A stretch of 64,000 nucleotides of DNA, taken from contig JAGIQG010000001.1 of assembly GCA_024679065.1 (NCBI GenBank), positions 109,430,001 to 109,494,000 on the forward strand. The letters are read 5' to 3'. How positions within the stretch are numbered: the first letter of the stretch is position 1; every line of letters starts with the position of its first letter. Under the pieces are notes generated by a model that worked only from the letters and a program-made list of their open reading frames with translations, had not been told where the DNA came from and searched no databases. This DNA is from Sphyrna mokarran (Eukaryota). This document shows, one piece after another, positions 1 through 12,560 of this stretch. The position numbers were made by a program, and so were the translations under genes.

Positions 1-19
1 CCTTTTGGGCATAATTTCT

Positions 20-545
20 CCTAAAATAGATTTATATTGTTCACTCCATCCATTTCCTCCAAATTCTTACTATTCTTTGGGTGAAGAAGTTTTCTCTGAA
101 TTCTTGATTGGATTTCCCTGAGACTGATGGTCTCTAGTAATGCTCTTCTCCAGAAGAGGAAACATTCTCTCTGTATCGACTCTAAAGGTCATCTTCGTTC
201 AAAGAAAAAGAAATGCAGCCTAGCAATCCTTTTCTGATATCCAAACTTAGACATTTCTAAACTTCTCTGCACCCTCTTCAAAGCCTTTATATTCTTTATT
301 TTAACATGGCAACCAGCACAAGCCCACTATATTCTCAGTACAGTTCAAATAAGGTTCGATACATGTTCAGCACAACTTCCCCACTGTTCAATTCTATCCT
401 TTTAGCAATGATTTCTCATGCTTGGGTTTCTTTTTTATGCTTTACTAAACTCTGGCACAAATTGTTATCTATTAATATATTTGTACACCAAAATCCCTTT
501 GTTCCTGTACCTCACCTAGACTTGCATCTTCCAAGTAATAAATAA
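20..545 (-). mobile_element. Old CR1-type LINE fragments (ORF2 C-terminal/RT region)
   Basis: The reverse complement has decayed CR1 motifs (LKRVQRSL-like at ~260-285, R-FF-Q-V-IWR-like at ~50-100) with many stops. Ends approximate. Confidence 0.55.
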
Positions 546-568
546 TGTCTATATTCTTCTTACTAAAA

Positions 569-900
569 TATAGGAACATAGGAATTAGCAGCAGTAATAT
601 GCCATTTGACTATCAAAACTGTTCCACCATTCAGCGTGATCATGGCTGATCCTTGATCAATGCCACTCATGCCCGTTGATACCTTTAGAATCTGGAAATT
701 TATCCATTTCCTTCTTAAATACATTCAGTGATTTGGCCTCCACAGCTTCTGAAATAGAGAATTCCGTAGGCTCACCATTCTCTGAATCAAAAAAACTCTC
801 CTCATCTCAGTTCTAAATGCCAACTCCATACCCTGAGACTGTGACCACTTGTTCCAGACAGCCCAGCCATTATCACTTCATCCAGTCTGCCCAACCCTGC
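569..900 (-). mobile_element. CR1 LINE 3' end
   Basis: Begins with the ATAGGAACATAGGA tail (reverse complement of the TTCCTATG repeats), followed by the CR1 3' UTR and a decayed 'FFXQR.V.LXNSL' segment on the minus strand. Confidence 0.75.
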
Positions 901-914
901 AATACCCTAGAATT

Positions 915-1365
915 CCAACAACACTCAAGAAGCTCAACGCCATCCAGGACAAAGCAGCCCATTTGACTGCTACCTCTTCTACAAACATTCAATCCCTCCA
1001 CCACTGATGGACAATGGCAGCTATGTTTACTATTTACAAGATACATTGTAGGAGCTCACCAAGGTTCCTTCAGCATCAACTTCCAAATCCACAGCCACTA
1101 ACATCTAGAAGGACAAAAGGAGAAGAACCTGAGAACACTACCAACTGAAGGTTCCCCTCCAAGTCACTTACCATTCTGATTTGAAAATATGCCACCATTC
1201 CTTTTTTGTTGCCAGATTAACCCTAAGCACGGTGGGTGTATCTACAACTCAGGGATTGCAGTGGTTCAAGAAAGCAGCTCACCATCACTTTCTGAAGGGC
1301 AACTATGAATGGGCAATAAATGCTGGCCTAACCAGTGTGCCCATATCCCATAAATGAACTAAAAA
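915..1365 (+). mobile_element. LINE 3' end (CR1/L2-group family common in sharks)
   Basis: Starts ACACTCAAGAAGCTCAACGCCATCCAGGACAAAGCAGCC (TLKKLNAIQDKAA) and ends GGGCAATAAATGCTGGCC...CCCATAAATGAA. The same family occurs inverted at 11620-12560. Confidence 0.7.
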
Positions 1366-1559
1366 AGTATATTTGTGTTTAACTTCATTTGCTGATTACT
1401 TGCCCAACCATCAAGTTGTTTTTCAACTCAAAGCTGATTTACTTGATTTTCAACTGGAACATTAAAACCCTATTTTGAGCTGGATTTTACTAACATCAGC
1501 AGAAACAGACACTAATGAACATCGTTAATTAAGGGATAATATTAACAGTAAATCCCAAT

Positions 1560-1875
1560 CACTGTTGTTACTTGTGAACTCATTGGTGTTTTAGCATGTG
1601 TAATGGGTGATTGAGTCCTTTCCAACACTGAGCATAAACACATTGGTGGATCAGCAGATAAGATGTCTGAGTGATTCCCTTTCCACACTTGGAGCAGATG
1701 AATGTCTTCTCCCCAGCATTAACCTGCTGGTGTCACAGCAGGATGAAAAACTGAGTGAATTCCTTACCACAATTAGAACAGGTGAACAGTCTCTCCCCAG
1801 TGTGAACTCACTGGTGTACACTGAGATGACATGACTGCCTGAACCCAGTCCCACACTAAGAACACTTGAAGTGTA
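1560..1875 (-). pseudogene. Decayed C2H2 (Kruppel-type) zinc-finger array
   Basis: Minus strand reads [73 protein letters not shown]: three to four fingers with HTGER linkers, in-frame stops and a deletion. Confidence 0.85.
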
Positions 1876-3276
1876 AGCATATTGATAGGTCACCAGGCTC
1901 CAGGAGTGTTTAAAGCTAACCTCCTGTAATTCATTGTAATCCTCTTTTTAATACTTATGAAGGTGATATATAACAATGCAACACACCCATATGAAATCTG
2001 TAACTGAAACGATTTGGTAACATCATGTTGCGACTTCAAGAATTAATTGTTTTTTTACAAGCAGGCTTGGGATAAAGAGAGGCTCTAAGATTTCTGAACT
2101 TGTGCAGACTGTAATACAGAAATAATCAAAGGTGGTTTAAAGTTTATAACAAAGATGAAAGTGGTAAAAGCATCCACTTTAATTAAACAGATTTATTCGA
2201 GTTAACAATTTTAAATGTGGTTGATATGATTAAGCATGCAATCTCTTTGATGTTGAAAACCAATTGAAATAAATAGAGATCATTATTATAATTAATAGGA
2301 AATAATGATTTAACTACTTCAATTCTTATCACTGTGTTGCAGCATCACCATATTCACCACTGGGCAGTTATCAATGATTTTGATTTCTATTTTCAAAGAA
2401 TGGGTATCAATGTGATTGATTCAAACAGTGCACTATAAGATTCAGGGAAATCTTGGAAATGGGAAGGGAATTATCTGAAGGACAAGGAGTAACAGACCAT
2501 TTCTGGCACAATTATATCAAATTGAAAGAGACATTAAGTGGGGACACAGCACTGCTTCTAATTTACATAAATAACATGAAATACATTGAAAACAGTGGAA
2601 AATGCTTAGATTTGCATCTCATTTTGGTACTCAGGTTTGGACAAAATATCTAAGTGGGCAGAGATAAAATTTAATGCAAATCTTTTAAAACACTGTTTCT
2701 GGGCTGAAAAATGGGCAACACACATTGGTGTTGAAATGGTCACAGTGGAAGTCGAATGAGACCTAAGAGTTTCAGTAAACTCAATGTTCAACATGTCTAA
2801 CCAATGCAACCCAGTAATTAATAAAGCTGTAAGTTCCTGGGCAAAGACACTTCCTTTGAAGATTACATACTTGAAACTTTGATATGTGTTTTCATGGAGA
2901 AGGTCTGAGTCAGGAATGTCTCGAAAGTAGCATTAAGAACCTAAACCCACCATTCTCACCCCCATTCTCATCTTCAGAACCTTTTGCCGGTGGAGCATAA
3001 GTGTGCAAGCAACAAATCTGGGTATAGCATTCCTGCCCTTGCCATTTCCATTGCAGGTATGAGCATTTCAACTGCCACCTCCTCCCACCCCCACCCCACC
3101 CCCCTTGCCTGATGAAGTCAGGATCATTTTGTTAGATGTGGTTCACTGAACCTCTGAGGAGTCATGAACCAGAGGAAGAACCTGTTTCCCCTTATAATCG
3201 AGTTGAGAATCATCCTTGTCCCCTTCACTGAAACCTTTTCAACAAAGCCTCAGATATTAAAAGAGATAATGGGGAT

Positions 3277-3545
3277 GGCATGGTGGCACAGTGGTTAGTA
3301 CTGCTGCTTCACAGTGCCAGGGACCCGGGTTCAATTCTTGGATTAGGTCACTGTCTGTGTGGAGTTTGCACATTCCCCTCAGTGTCTGCATGAGTTTCCT
3401 CTAGGTGCTCCTGTTTCCTCTTACATTCTGAAAGGCATACTGGTTAGGTACATTGACCTGAACAGGCACAGGGTGTTAGGGGAATTTCACAGTGACTTCA
3501 TTTCAGCATTAATGTAAACCTTACTTGTGACTAATAAGTAAATTT
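3277..3545 (+). mobile_element. HE1-type tRNA-derived V-SINE (non-CR1 tail variant)
   Basis: A-box GGTGGCACAGTGG, B-box GGTTCAATTC, core GTCTGTGTGGAGTTTGCACATT, tail ...AATGTAAACCTTACTTGTGACTAATAA. Confidence 0.9.
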
Positions 3546-4243
3546 TAAAAGAGCCCATATTTATAAAATATTCCAAATATAGCCTCACCAGTTCTATGTA
3601 TTAGGTTGGAACAGCTTATTTCTTTACAATTGTAGAATGATAGATGTTTACATCACAGAAGGAAGCTGTCCAGCCCATTGTGTCTGTAATGGCTTTTCTT
3701 CAAGCAATTTTAAACTAATCCCACTTTCCCTATAACCATGTATCTTTATTGCTTCAACTGTTTATTTACTCTTTCCTTTAAAAATCCATGCCCATGCATT
3801 CCCATGTATTAAATTGCATTTGCTAACTATCTGCCATTCACTAAGCATGCCATTTCCTATCATTGTTTTCCAAACCTTTGACTCATCAGCAAACTTCAAG
3901 ATTATGCTCCCCCTGTTCAAGTTTAATCATCTATTTAAATACAGGAGAATACCAGACCTTCAACCAGGGACAGCACAGCAATCTTTATCCAGTGTGAACA
4001 ACATACATAAACAATAACTCAATTTCTCATCCAACAATGAACAGATCAGAGCCCCAAGGTACTGACTGACATATCAAACTTTGACCATAAGACATGTGTT
4101 TATATAAAAAAAATCATACCATCCAAAGATGGTTGAAATTGTACATTCTGAGGATGCAATTCAGTGACTGCCTGGAAAGTTCCTGTGTGGATTGTACTCA
4201 GCCCTGAGAGAGACCATGGACTATTGCACCTGGAAGGTGTATA

Positions 4244-4525
4244 AAGTTTATTTATTAGTGTCACAAGTAGAATGAAGTTTTATTGTGAAAATCCCCTAGT
4301 TGCCACACTCTGGTGCCTGTTCGGGTATACTGGCAGAGAATTTAGCGTGGCCAATGCACATAGCCAGCATGCCTTTCAGAATGTGGGAGGAAACTGGGGA
4401 ACCAGAGGAAACCCACAAAGACACGGGGAGAATATACAGACTCCACATAGCCAGTGATCCCAAGCCAGGAATTGAACCCAAGTCCCTGGCACTGTGAGGC
4501 AGCAGTGTGAACTACTGTGCCACCC
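4244..4525 (-). mobile_element. HE1-type V-SINE (non-CR1 tail variant)
   Basis: Reverse complement of the same head and core; tail AAAGTTTATTTATTAGTGTCACAAGTAG on the plus strand. Confidence 0.9.
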
Positions 4526-5443
4526 ATAGAAACATTGTGTCAACGAACATCAGATGGAAACACTTCATAGGAAAATGCAGTGCAAAAGTTGAACCGTGAT
4601 CTCCAGTGGTGCAAAGATGATGGATTGACCATCTCAGCAGAAGTCATCTCCTGTAAATTAAATCCCAGACTGTGGACATAATGTGAGTTGAAAGAATGCA
4701 GTTCTGGATGAAAGACATGTTTGTGTTTTTCACCTTCCAGGAACACACAAGAGGGGTTAAAAATCAACTGCAAACCTGATCAGTGTGTGTTAGTCGAATG
4801 TTCTAATTTGACTGTGCTAGTGTGTGCCATGAATGTTACAGATGAAGGATAACCACTAGGCATCTATGTTTAAAGGTTTTAAAAAAAGTCTCTCTCTCTC
4901 TCTGATTGCTGGAAACAAGTCACAAGTCAGCAAAGCCATAGTCAAAAAGGAAACAGGACAACTCCTTATAGCCAATCTATAAAACCACGAATCTCCAAAC
5001 CAACTGCTCAACTGCCAAAGTCAAGACTACAGAATTATCCAATAACCACAGCATTTTACCATCTATTCCTCATGGACAAGCTAAAGACTAATTTGTATTT
5101 ATTTATTTTTGTCTTTGATAATTTGATTCACCTCTCAAGATATCAAAACAATATCAAAAGTCTTCAAATACAAAATTATTCTAAAAAAAGCAGATTAGCA
5201 GACAAACCATAACTGTTTTGTGTTACGATATACAGGTGGAGGTGTTATCAAAATCAAACGAATAAGAATGGAATTCCATAACTCAATCCAATTGGAAATG
5301 ATGCTTGCAGAGATTGCGCACAGTAATTTTGTAGGGTGCAGCCATAGTTTATCAAAGACTAAAATTGCTGAATAGAAATCATAGGGTTGATTTTATTTTC
5401 TGTTATTTTTAATCCAGCTTCCTGTTGGGACTGCAGGAGAATG

Positions 5444-5664
5444 TGTTATATGCTGCATATGTTCGAAAATAAAGTAAAGCAATAACACATGGGGTTGGGT
5501 GAAAACAACAACATAGGTTTATTGATAAGCTGTTGACTCCACAGAGGTTCAATCCAGACTAGAAAAAAGACAACAAAACAGCCCATGATGCCATAAACTA
5601 TACACATGACTAAACTCTTAAAGTGACAGCGCAACAACACAACAACAGCCCCAAGTGTAATACA
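5444..5664 (-). repeat. 3' LTR of the Gypsy element
   Basis: TGTTATATGCTG...GTGTAATACA; shares GTTTATTGATAAGCTGTTGACTCCA with the other LTR; adjacent to the polypurine tract. Confidence 0.9.
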
Positions 5665-8437
5665 TCTCTCCCCCTTTACTTCTGTCCTATTTCAATAAAT
5701 TTTATATTGTCATCAAAACATAGACATAAGAGCAAGCAATGCACCATTAGAAGTAACGATAGTTAATCGGAAAGACAATCAAGTGAGTGTCTATTCCACA
5801 CACACTTCAGGTATTTGGTTGTTCTTGAACTGCAATTCTTCAGAGGATGTCCACCTTGGAAGTCTTAACAGTCTCTTGCAGAAGGAAGATTAGTAGCCAT
5901 CATGGTTTCTGCTGATTAATTCGAAGTTGCACTAGTATCTGATGGCGATTCATCCATAGGTAGGTCAGGCATAGAAACAGAAACTAGATACAGGAGCAGG
6001 CCATTTGGCCCTTCAAGGCATATATGGTACAGGTACATTGATGCACATAGGTACCAACTGATTTGCATGTCATTTCCACACTAGTTCATCTTCAGTTTAT
6101 ACTGTTAGGAAATAGGACCAGTTTGCGCCAATACATTTGCAGGAACCCATTTCTCACTGGTGGAATAGCTTCATGCCAAAATTTGCTCTCCTTATCAAAA
6201 CATGTCTTATGGAATTATGGAATTGCCTTCTCTTCTTAAGAAAACAACTGCTATTTGTGTCCTACAAAGCATTCCAGTCCCTGTAGCATTCAGTGAAAGC
6301 TATTAAGGACCAAGGTTCATTAAATAATCATCTAAGCTATTTAATAGCTCCTGCAGTAGAAGCAGATCAAACGTAGTTCTCAACGTTCTCTTCACTCATA
6401 GCAAAGCTGGGAAAGTCTGAGTGGTCACATATGTGGTGTTGCAATACACCACAAATAAACTGCTTAGTAAACAAGGTTCATTAAATAAACTATTTAATGA
6501 ACTTTGGTCCTTAATGGCTTTCATTCAATGCTTCAAGGACAGGACTAATTTTTCAGCTAATCCCCTCATTGATGGGTGGTAAGGTGCTGATTTTATGTGT
6601 TGGATAACACTCATCTTTAGATATTCTTAAGCAGTAAATTGCAGTCAATTATCACTCATAATTTGTTCTGGTTTCCCAAATCTGGTGAAAAATCACTTTG
6701 AGCTTTATGTTTTGCTTCGCAGTCATTGACTTCATTTGCGCTATTTCCGACCATTTGGAATGTGCATCATTGGCAACGATGAACATGTGCCCCGTGTGTG
6801 GACCTGAAAAACCTGCATAGACATTGCCAAGATGTTTAAAGCCATTCCTATGGATGCAATGGAGACATTCCTTACCCGTTGATATGGTTGGCACAGTGCT
6901 GCTTTTTACTCAATCTAGGCATCTAATCCAGGCCACCAGAAATAACTCCCTGCAAATTCTTTCATTCGTACCACACTTGGGTGTCCTTCATGTAATTGTT
7001 CTGATACTCTATATTGCAAATTTGGAGGTATTATTGCCCTCATCTCCTAGCAAGCACCCATCCTCTAATGTCAACTTGAGTTTACTGGAAACATGGTTTT
7101 AATTCAGAATGTGTTCCCACTTTCCTCCCTTTTGACACCATTTTCAGTACTTTCCCCAGTACAGGAATTGTGTTGATATTTGAACCTAGTCACACTTAAC
7201 TTTCAGATGGGGCTTATCGCATCTGAAATGCTGCATCTCCAATTGCAGCCTTCAAATAAGACCTTTGCCAGAATTCTACTGGACTGCTCACCATGGCATC
7301 GCAGCAGACAATGGAAATATCCATTGACCTTTGGCACAATTTTCCGATCTCAGGTTGCCCGAGGCCATAAGATCCCACCCATGCATCTGAAGGCTTTTCG
7401 ATGGGCTTCTCAGTTACATGTGTATTCCTGTTCATTGGTAACAGTCATTAATACGTCATCAAGGTAGCATTGTATCTCCTGCAGGCTGCTCAAGGTCCTT
7501 GGGCAGTTGAAATAAAGCAGATACTGAAGTTATCACAAAATGTAATCTCCAATACCAGAATAGGCCTGTGTGTGTTATGCTGGTGAGCTGATGTTGAGTT
7601 TCAGCTGCAATATTCAGTCGTAGGTTGGCCATTGATAAGTTGATTTTGCTGAACTTCTAACCTCTTGCTAAGTCAGCAAACAAATCCTCAATCAATGGTA
7701 GTGAGTATTGATCTGCACACAGAACTGGATTGATTGTTGTTTTGTAATGTCCGCAAATATGTATAGTATGCTTTATTACAGGCACAATAAGGGGTTGCCC
7801 AGTCACGAATCGGGAAGTTTCTAAGACTCCTGTATCAAAACTCTTATTAATTCAGATTCAACCTTTGGATGTATGGCTTGGATCCTGTTCCAGCCTTGAG
7901 GCACTAAGGCTTACTATTTTGTTTGATCTTACACCCTTTTCATGAATCCTAGGCTGTTTTCAAATACATTACAGTATTTTTCTAGATGTTCTTTAGATTT
8001 GTTTTAGAATCAATTAACCTGTTCACGGCATTCTAGTTATTTTCTTTGTAATATCTGCCAAGAAGAGCTGGAAAAGCCTCCTCAGATAATATGGTGTGAT
8101 AGCTCCACAGTTTGCCCACTTAACTCTACTTTGACTGTGCTGTGTCCTCTTAGAGGCACTACTTCTTCAGTGTAGGTTCTCAAGGTGACACCTGCTGGTT
8201 TTAATGTTGGGTGATTCTGTTTTTGCTTGTTAAATGGTTTCAGGAATTGGGAAGACAGCAGTCCTCATGTCAACTTGCATTCTGATAGATTGTCCATTTA
8301 TATTTTGGAACTACCCAGAACTAATGTGATTCATCTTGAACTGAAAATACATTTAATTTCAATTTCTCATCAGATTTAAGCGCTTGTCATCATGATTCTT
8401 ATTATTTCTTTCTTCCAATTGTAAATTTCTTTGTAAT

Positions 8438-9692
8438 GGACCTGATTTTGCCATTTTGATTCTAAGTCCTGAATCTGGGTATGATTCAGATCCAACTTGT
8501 AAAACTGTTCTCAGGACTCCCATACTCACACAGCCTGAAAAAAAAATCACACTGTGGATGGGGCTTATTGCATCTGAAACGCTGTACCTCCAACCTCCAA
8601 TTGCAGCCTGCAACTGCGCATGTAAAGTAAAAAAAATTGGAAAACATGCCTCTGTCACATCACTCCCAGGCTGCAAAAAGTAGATAAAGCAGCCTGGGAG
8701 CAAAAAGCAGGAACAATGGCCCCATAGATATTGCCCCACCCCCACTACATAAGTGTTCCCCTTATCCACCCACCGCCCACTCCTCAGATCGATTGTGACC
8801 CTCTGTCCCTTTCCCCCCATCAATCGTCCGCAGAATGGCAGCAGACCCCTCCTTCCCGCCCCTCCAGAGAACCATCTAGCCTCTCTCCTTTTCCCCCCAC
8901 CAACCCCTCCTAGCAGAGAGCAATCTGGCCCTATGTCCCTACCAGAGAATGATTGAGCTTCCATCTCCCACCCCCCACCAGAGAATAATTGGGCCTCATT
9001 CATCCTCTCTCCTCACTCCCAAACAGTGATTTGGCCCTCCCTCCCCCTTCCCCACCAGGGAACCATCTGGTTTACCCACTCCCCACCAGAGATACATCTG
9101 GCCTGCTTCCTACCCCAACCACCACCCCCCCAACCAAAGAACAATGTGGCCTCCCTCCCTTCGCTTCCCATGCACCTGAGATACATCTGGCTCTCCTCTC
9201 CCCACCCCACCAGAGAATGTTCAAGCTTCCCTCTGCTCACCCCTCCCACCCACTAGAGAACCACCTGGCCTCAATCCTCTCCATTAGAGAATGATTGAGC
9301 TTTCTTCTCTTACCCCTCCAATCAAAGAATCATCTGACCCACCTCCCACTCCCCACCCCCAAATCTGAGTTATAGACTGCTGGAAGCTTTGAATTTACCT
9401 CTTCAGAAGCTGGAGCACCCAAAACAGACCTTTGCTGAGCATGTCTGTTTCACGCTGGATGTGGGCAACAAACGTGATGGTGAAGGGGAAATGCAGGTAA
9501 GATTGGATGTCCAGCACATTAAATCAATTTGAATGCATACAAATGCATTTAAACTGAAATCATGCCTATTTTGGGCACAGTTCAGATCGCAGTCATTTTC
9601 AGGCCTTGATAAAGCCAGCGCAGACTGCACTAATCGCCTCACACCGAACTTTACCAAGTTTTCATGTCTGACACATCGGTAAAATCAGGCCC
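8438..9692. mobile_element. Non-autonomous PIF/Harbinger DNA transposon nested in the Gypsy element
   Basis: TIRs GGACCTGATTTTGCC / GGTAAAATCAGGCCC and 3-bp TSD AAT (8435-8437, 9693-9695). Interior has a C-rich degenerate tandem repeat (CCACCAGAGAA...ATCTGGCC, ~8850-9360). Confidence 0.88.
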
Positions 9693-10782
9693 AATATTTC
9701 TTTTATTCTTACTTTTAAGTGTGTCTTGTTTCCTTCTTTGGACATTCCTTTCTGGAAAAGCTGGTTTCTCCAGCAAGCTTGCATTATATGACCGATCAAG
9801 CCCTAAATTTTGCATTGGTTGCCTTTACTGCAGCATCAACCTGTGAATGGCCCTTTTCTGCACAGCAATGACATGCAGATGGACTTTGTCTGGATCCTCA
9901 GGTTTGCTCCAAGCTGAGAAGCCTCTTTAGCAGCAAGTTCCATTGAAATGGCTATCTGCAAAGCTGTTTTCAGACCCACATTCCATTCAGTTAGCAATCT
10001 CTGCTGTATAGCCTCATTCCTCAGCCGCAAACCAGATGACCTCTGGTTGTAGCATCCAGACATGCACCAAATTCACAACATTCCGCAAGGCGCTTTTGCA
10101 TCATAACAAAAAAATGAATATTTTCTCCTTCCCAGCTAATTTCTCTAATGGAACCCAAAATGCTCTGCAATAAATTAATCCTTTGAAGTGGATAATGGTC
10201 CTTTAGTATCATAGTTAATTGCTGGAATGTTTTGTTACTGGGTTTCCTTGGACTGGATGAGACTCCAGCATAAGTTAAAAGCTTTACAGGCAATGGTGCT
10301 GAAAAAGACAGGGACTACTGTATCCTCGTTTGCCAGAACATAATACAGAAATCTTCTGCATAGGACTTCCAATTCTCAGATTCTTGCTTGAATGGCCAAT
10401 AGTACCATATTTTCCTGTAATTTTACATAGATGCCAACACTTGCTCAGTAACATTCCTTCAGCAGCTTCCCTTAATCTCAATGGTCTAGCTCATTTTTCA
10501 AATCATAATATGAGCCAACTATATCAGCTTTTCTTAGATTTAATGCAGAGTGCAAAATCTCCCTCTGTTTCGCTCTACCTTCACACCCCATCTAACTCTG
10601 CCCATGGCAAGCTCTGAAACCTGAATACTTCAGGATGCTAGTTTTAATTTTTGGTATGGGTCTTTTTCTGCCCAACAATCTTACTGATCCAATGCCCAGT
10701 GCAATCAGCCATTTCTACCTCAGTGTCAAAAGTATCAAAGTTTTTAGTTGGTAAGTGCAGTTCCAATATTTTGCTCTGACAG

Positions 10783-10905
10783 CTCTGAAGAAGGGCCATT
10801 CTGACTTAAAACATGACTCTATTCTCTCTCAACAAATGCTGTCAGACTAGCTGAGATTTTCCAACATTTTCTGTTTCAGATTCCAGCATCTGCAATATTT
10901 ACTTC
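10783..10905 (+). mobile_element. Penelope-like 3' terminal fragment
   Basis: CTGAAGAAGGG...CAAATGCTGTCAGACTAGCTGAGATTTTCCAACATTTTCTG...CAGATTCCAGCATCTGCA; the same terminus ends the Penelope fragment at ~32520-32650. Confidence 0.7.
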
Positions 10906-10978
10906 TATCAATTTTCTTTTTCTTCTTTTACTTGAAAACAATTTTATCCCATCCTCAATGCCAGTATTCTTTTTATAC

Positions 10979-11184
10979 TGTTATATACTGTACTTGTTGG
11001 CTAAAATAAGGTAAAGTGATACTATGTGGGCTTAAGAGAAAACAACAATGCAAGTTTATTGATAAGCTGTTGACTCCAAAGAGCTAGACATAAACCCGTA
11101 AAGCAGCCAATGATATCACAAATTATACATGACTAGACTCTTAAAACCACATCGTAACAACACAACAGTCCCAAATATATAACA
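10979..11184 (-). repeat. 5' LTR of the Gypsy element
   Basis: TGTTATATACTG...ATATATAACA followed by the TSD. The inner edge may extend to ~10965 next to the primer-binding site. Confidence 0.88.
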
Positions 11185-11619
11185 GAATGTAATCAACCTA
11201 TAGGTTAACTTGCTGATTGAGCATTTATTAAATTAGATTGGCTAGATTCTAGTGTTGAATTAAAGACACATGAAACTATCAGTTTCCAAGAATTAAAGGG
11301 TAAAATTCAGAATAGTTTATGGACATTCCCATTAGTTGCGAATCAGGACTTTAATCTAGTATCACATTTGTCATTAAACAAGTTTGTTTGTTAATACTGA
11401 GGATGACAACTGAATCCAAAATATTTCAATTATATTTTGCAAACAAGATTGAATGGTTTTAATGTGATATGAGGTTTTGGCAGATTGTCTTAAATTGTAT
11501 CCAAATATTTAATGAGTTTTGTTAATGGCAGCTCTTTATGATATTAAATATTCAGTAAATGATGATTAAGCATATCCAAAATGTATTTATCTTTAAACAC
11601 TGCTATTTTGTTTGCATCA

Positions 11620-12560
11620 CTGGCAAGATCAGATTTATTAGCCATCACTAATTGCACTTGAGAAGTTGGTGGTGAGCTACTTTTTTTGAGGTGCAGCAGT
11701 CCATGTGTTGTAGGTACACCCACAATGCTAATAATGGGGGAATTCAGGATTTGGATCCAACAAGAGTGAAGGATTTCAATGTAGTTGCAAGTCAGGATAG
11801 TGTGACTTGCAGGAGAACATATAAGTGGTGGATGTGTGTCTGCTGCCCTTATTCTCCTGGATGGTAGAATATGGAAGATACTGGCAATTTGCTACAAGGC
11901 ATATTGTAAATGGTACACATGGCTGTCATTTGTGCTGATGATGAAGAGAGTGAACGCCTAAGTGTCAGTCAAACAGGCTGCTTTGGCTGGATAATGTCAA
12001 GCTTCTACAGTGTTGTTGGTGCTACATACATCCAGGCAACAGGATATCTTTCCGGTCCATGGTAATCCCCAGGATGTTGACAGTGGGGGATTCATGATTG
12101 TAGTAGCATTGAACATCAAAGGCAGGTGGCTGGCTTCTCTCTTGGAGATGGCCATTGTCTGGCAGTTGTGTGGCACGAATGTTACTTGCCACTTGTCAGC
12201 CCAAATCTGAATTTTGTCCAAGTTCAGCTGCATTTGGGCATGTACTGTTTCAGTATCTGCGGAGGTGTTAATAGTAATGAACAATGTACATTCACCAGCA
12301 AACATGCTCACTTCTGATCTTATGCGGGCAGTATGGTCATTGATGGAACAGCTGAAGATGATTAGATCTAGTATGTTATCCGAAGGAGCCCCTATATTGA
12401 CATACTGGGATTCAAATGATTAGTTTCCAAAAAAACTTAACCACTCTCCTTCATCTGACTTCAACCAGCAAAGACCTTTCCCTTGATTCCCATTGACTTC
12501 AATAAAAATGCTGTCTTGATATTAAAGGTGGGCATTCTCACCTCTCGAATTTGAACTTTT
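11620..12560 (-). mobile_element. LINE ORF2 fragment with internal deletions (same family as 915-1365)
   Basis: ORF 11997-12311 (MFAGECTLF...LDKIQIWADKWQVTFVPHNCQTM) contains a degenerate FADD RT motif and the W-V-F motif; 3' tail at ~11620-11700. Confidence 0.85.

Larger units (their letters stand above)
5444..11184 (-). mobile_element. Full-length decayed Gypsy (Mag-like) LTR retrotransposon
   Basis: Two diverged TG...CA LTRs. 5-bp TSD GAATG at 5439-5443 and 11185-11189. Polypurine tract at 5665-5675. Primer-binding site TGGCATTGAGGATGGGAT (tRNA-Ser-like) at 10946-10963. Minus-strand remnants of gag (KRLAECCEFG, GLRNEAIQQRLLTE), RT (YSLPLIEDLFA, CYLDDVL) and integrase (YAGF..HMFIVANDAHSKWSEI) in Gypsy order. 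Confidence 0.93.

Noticed and set aside
3277-3350. tRNA genes at SINE heads (also 14013, 18729, 54122 and others)
   Set aside because: The A/B boxes run straight into the V-SINE core, with no complete cloverleaf or terminator.
8359-9294. Longest ORF (214 aa) and overlapping Pro/Gly-rich ORFs
   Set aside because: They arise from the C-rich low-complexity interior of the non-autonomous Harbinger, are open on both strands and show no domain.
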